A stretch of DNA of 64,000 nucleotides from an uncultured Holophagae bacterium. GTDB lineage: Bacteria > Acidobacteriota > Thermoanaerobaculia > Thermoanaerobaculales > Sulfomarinibacteraceae. Where the stretch lies: assembly GCA_963801995.1 (NCBI GenBank), contig CAWDGW010000017.1:27690-91689 (forward strand). The letters are read 5' to 3'. Of this stretch, positions 63,446 through 64,000 are shown in pieces (position 1 is the first letter of the stretch; each line of letters starts with the position of its first letter). Made by a program: the position numbers and the translations under genes. The notes below the pieces were generated by a model. It did no database searches, was not told where the DNA came from, and saw nothing but the letters and a program-made list of their open reading frames with translations.

Positions 63446-64000
63446 TCACTCGCCGGCATCGCCACCGTCCTGCACCGGCGGAGCGGCAAACTGGACTGGC
63501 GGTGGAATTTCCTCACCCAGGGCGTCATCGACCAGCTGCTGAGCCGACCGACGGGCTGCCCGGCCCTGGGCCCGACTGGCTTCGGGATAGGCCCTGCCAG
63601 CCGTGTCCGGCCTTTTCCACTGCTCCTCGCGGAGATAGAGGGTCTGGGTGGGGAATGCGAACTCCACGCCCTGATCGTGCGCCAGGCGCAGGACGTCCAC
63701 CGCCAGCCGGTGCCGTTCGCGCAGTTCCGTGGCCCAATCGGGCGTTTCGAAAAAGACGTAGAGCAGGAGCTCGAGACTGGCCGCGCCGAACTCGTTGAAG
63801 TAGACGTGGTAGTAGTCCTTGCGGGTGTAGGGATGGCGTTCGACCAGCTCTCGGATCCCCTCGCAGAAGGCATCCACCGTCTCCGGTGGGGTGTTGTAGG
63901 CGATGCCCAGCCGGGTGCTCCACCGCCTGAATCGGCGCGCCCCGAGATTGTCCACCGACGCCTTGATGAGGTTCGAATTCGGAAGGGTGATGAGGGAGTT
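63446..64000 (-). CDS. MscS-family mechanosensitive channel, C-terminal part (5' end outside window)
   Basis: The frame is open to the window edge. ...SLITLPNSNLIKASVDNLGARRFRRWSTRLGIAYNTPPETV is the MscS beta-domain pattern. Confidence 0.75.
   Translation of the reverse strand, partial: NSLITLPNSNLIKASVDNLGARRFRRWSTRLGIAYNTPPETVDAFCEGIRELVERHPYTRKDYYHVYFNEFGAASLELLLYVFFETPDWATELRERHRLAVDVLRLAHDQGVEFAFPTQTLYLREEQWKRPDTAGRAYPEASRAQGRAARRSAQQLVDDALGEEIPPPVQFAAPPVQDGGDAGE

Noticed and set aside
63097-63873. 258-aa ORF containing SRQLAVGSRQLAVGSRQLAVGS, and ORF 63130..63798
   Set aside because: The repeat peptide is the translation of the 7-bp microsatellite. The rest overlaps the MscS-family gene, which has clear family motifs, out of frame or antisense.

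Overview
High-GC bacterial chromosomal segment. I recognised no rRNA, tRNA or CRISPR array by eye. There are about 50 credible protein genes on both strands. They include many signal-peptide-bearing repeat or beta-propeller proteins and peptidases: an M1 aminopeptidase, a penicillin-acylase-family enzyme, a giant ELWxxDGT-repeat protein with a metzincin motif, and a class-C-like serine hydrolase. Metal and redox enzymes are an AOR-type aldehyde:ferredoxin oxidoreductase, an IorAB-like molybdenum hydroxylase, an FAD oxidoreductase and a 2-hydroxyacid dehydrogenase. Also present are two radical-SAM enzymes, two tandem PPK2 genes, an OmpR/histidine-kinase pair, cardiolipin synthase, two type II toxin-antitoxin pairs, and one RAYT (REP-associated tyrosine transposase) with several families of dispersed REP/MITE-like intergenic repeats. 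Main observations: (1) a conserved ~17-aa C-terminal tail (DGFESGDTSAWSxTVP-stop) ends at least five unrelated secreted proteins and may be an undescribed sorting or attachment tag. (2) Two thioredoxin-fold genes carry an in-frame TGA exactly at the first Cys of the CxxC motif, each followed by a GGC-looped hairpin, so both are probably unannotated selenoproteins. (3) The RAYT gene is flanked by inverted repeats, has a perfect 92-bp tandem duplication at its 3' end, and shares the GGTGCCAGG head with the dispersed REP families; one MITE is nested inside a REP. (4) A 44-codon ORF with a strong RBS sits directly upstream of a radical-SAM gene. (5) Frame disruptions are unusually dense and several lie in homopolymer runs, so assembly error and true pseudogenisation cannot be separated from this sequence alone. 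Coordinates of starts are my best choice from the ORF track plus RBS and signal-peptide context. Product names are motif-based recognitions, not search results. The lineage is unknown; the content suggests an uncultured, anaerobe-leaning bacterium, with low confidence.
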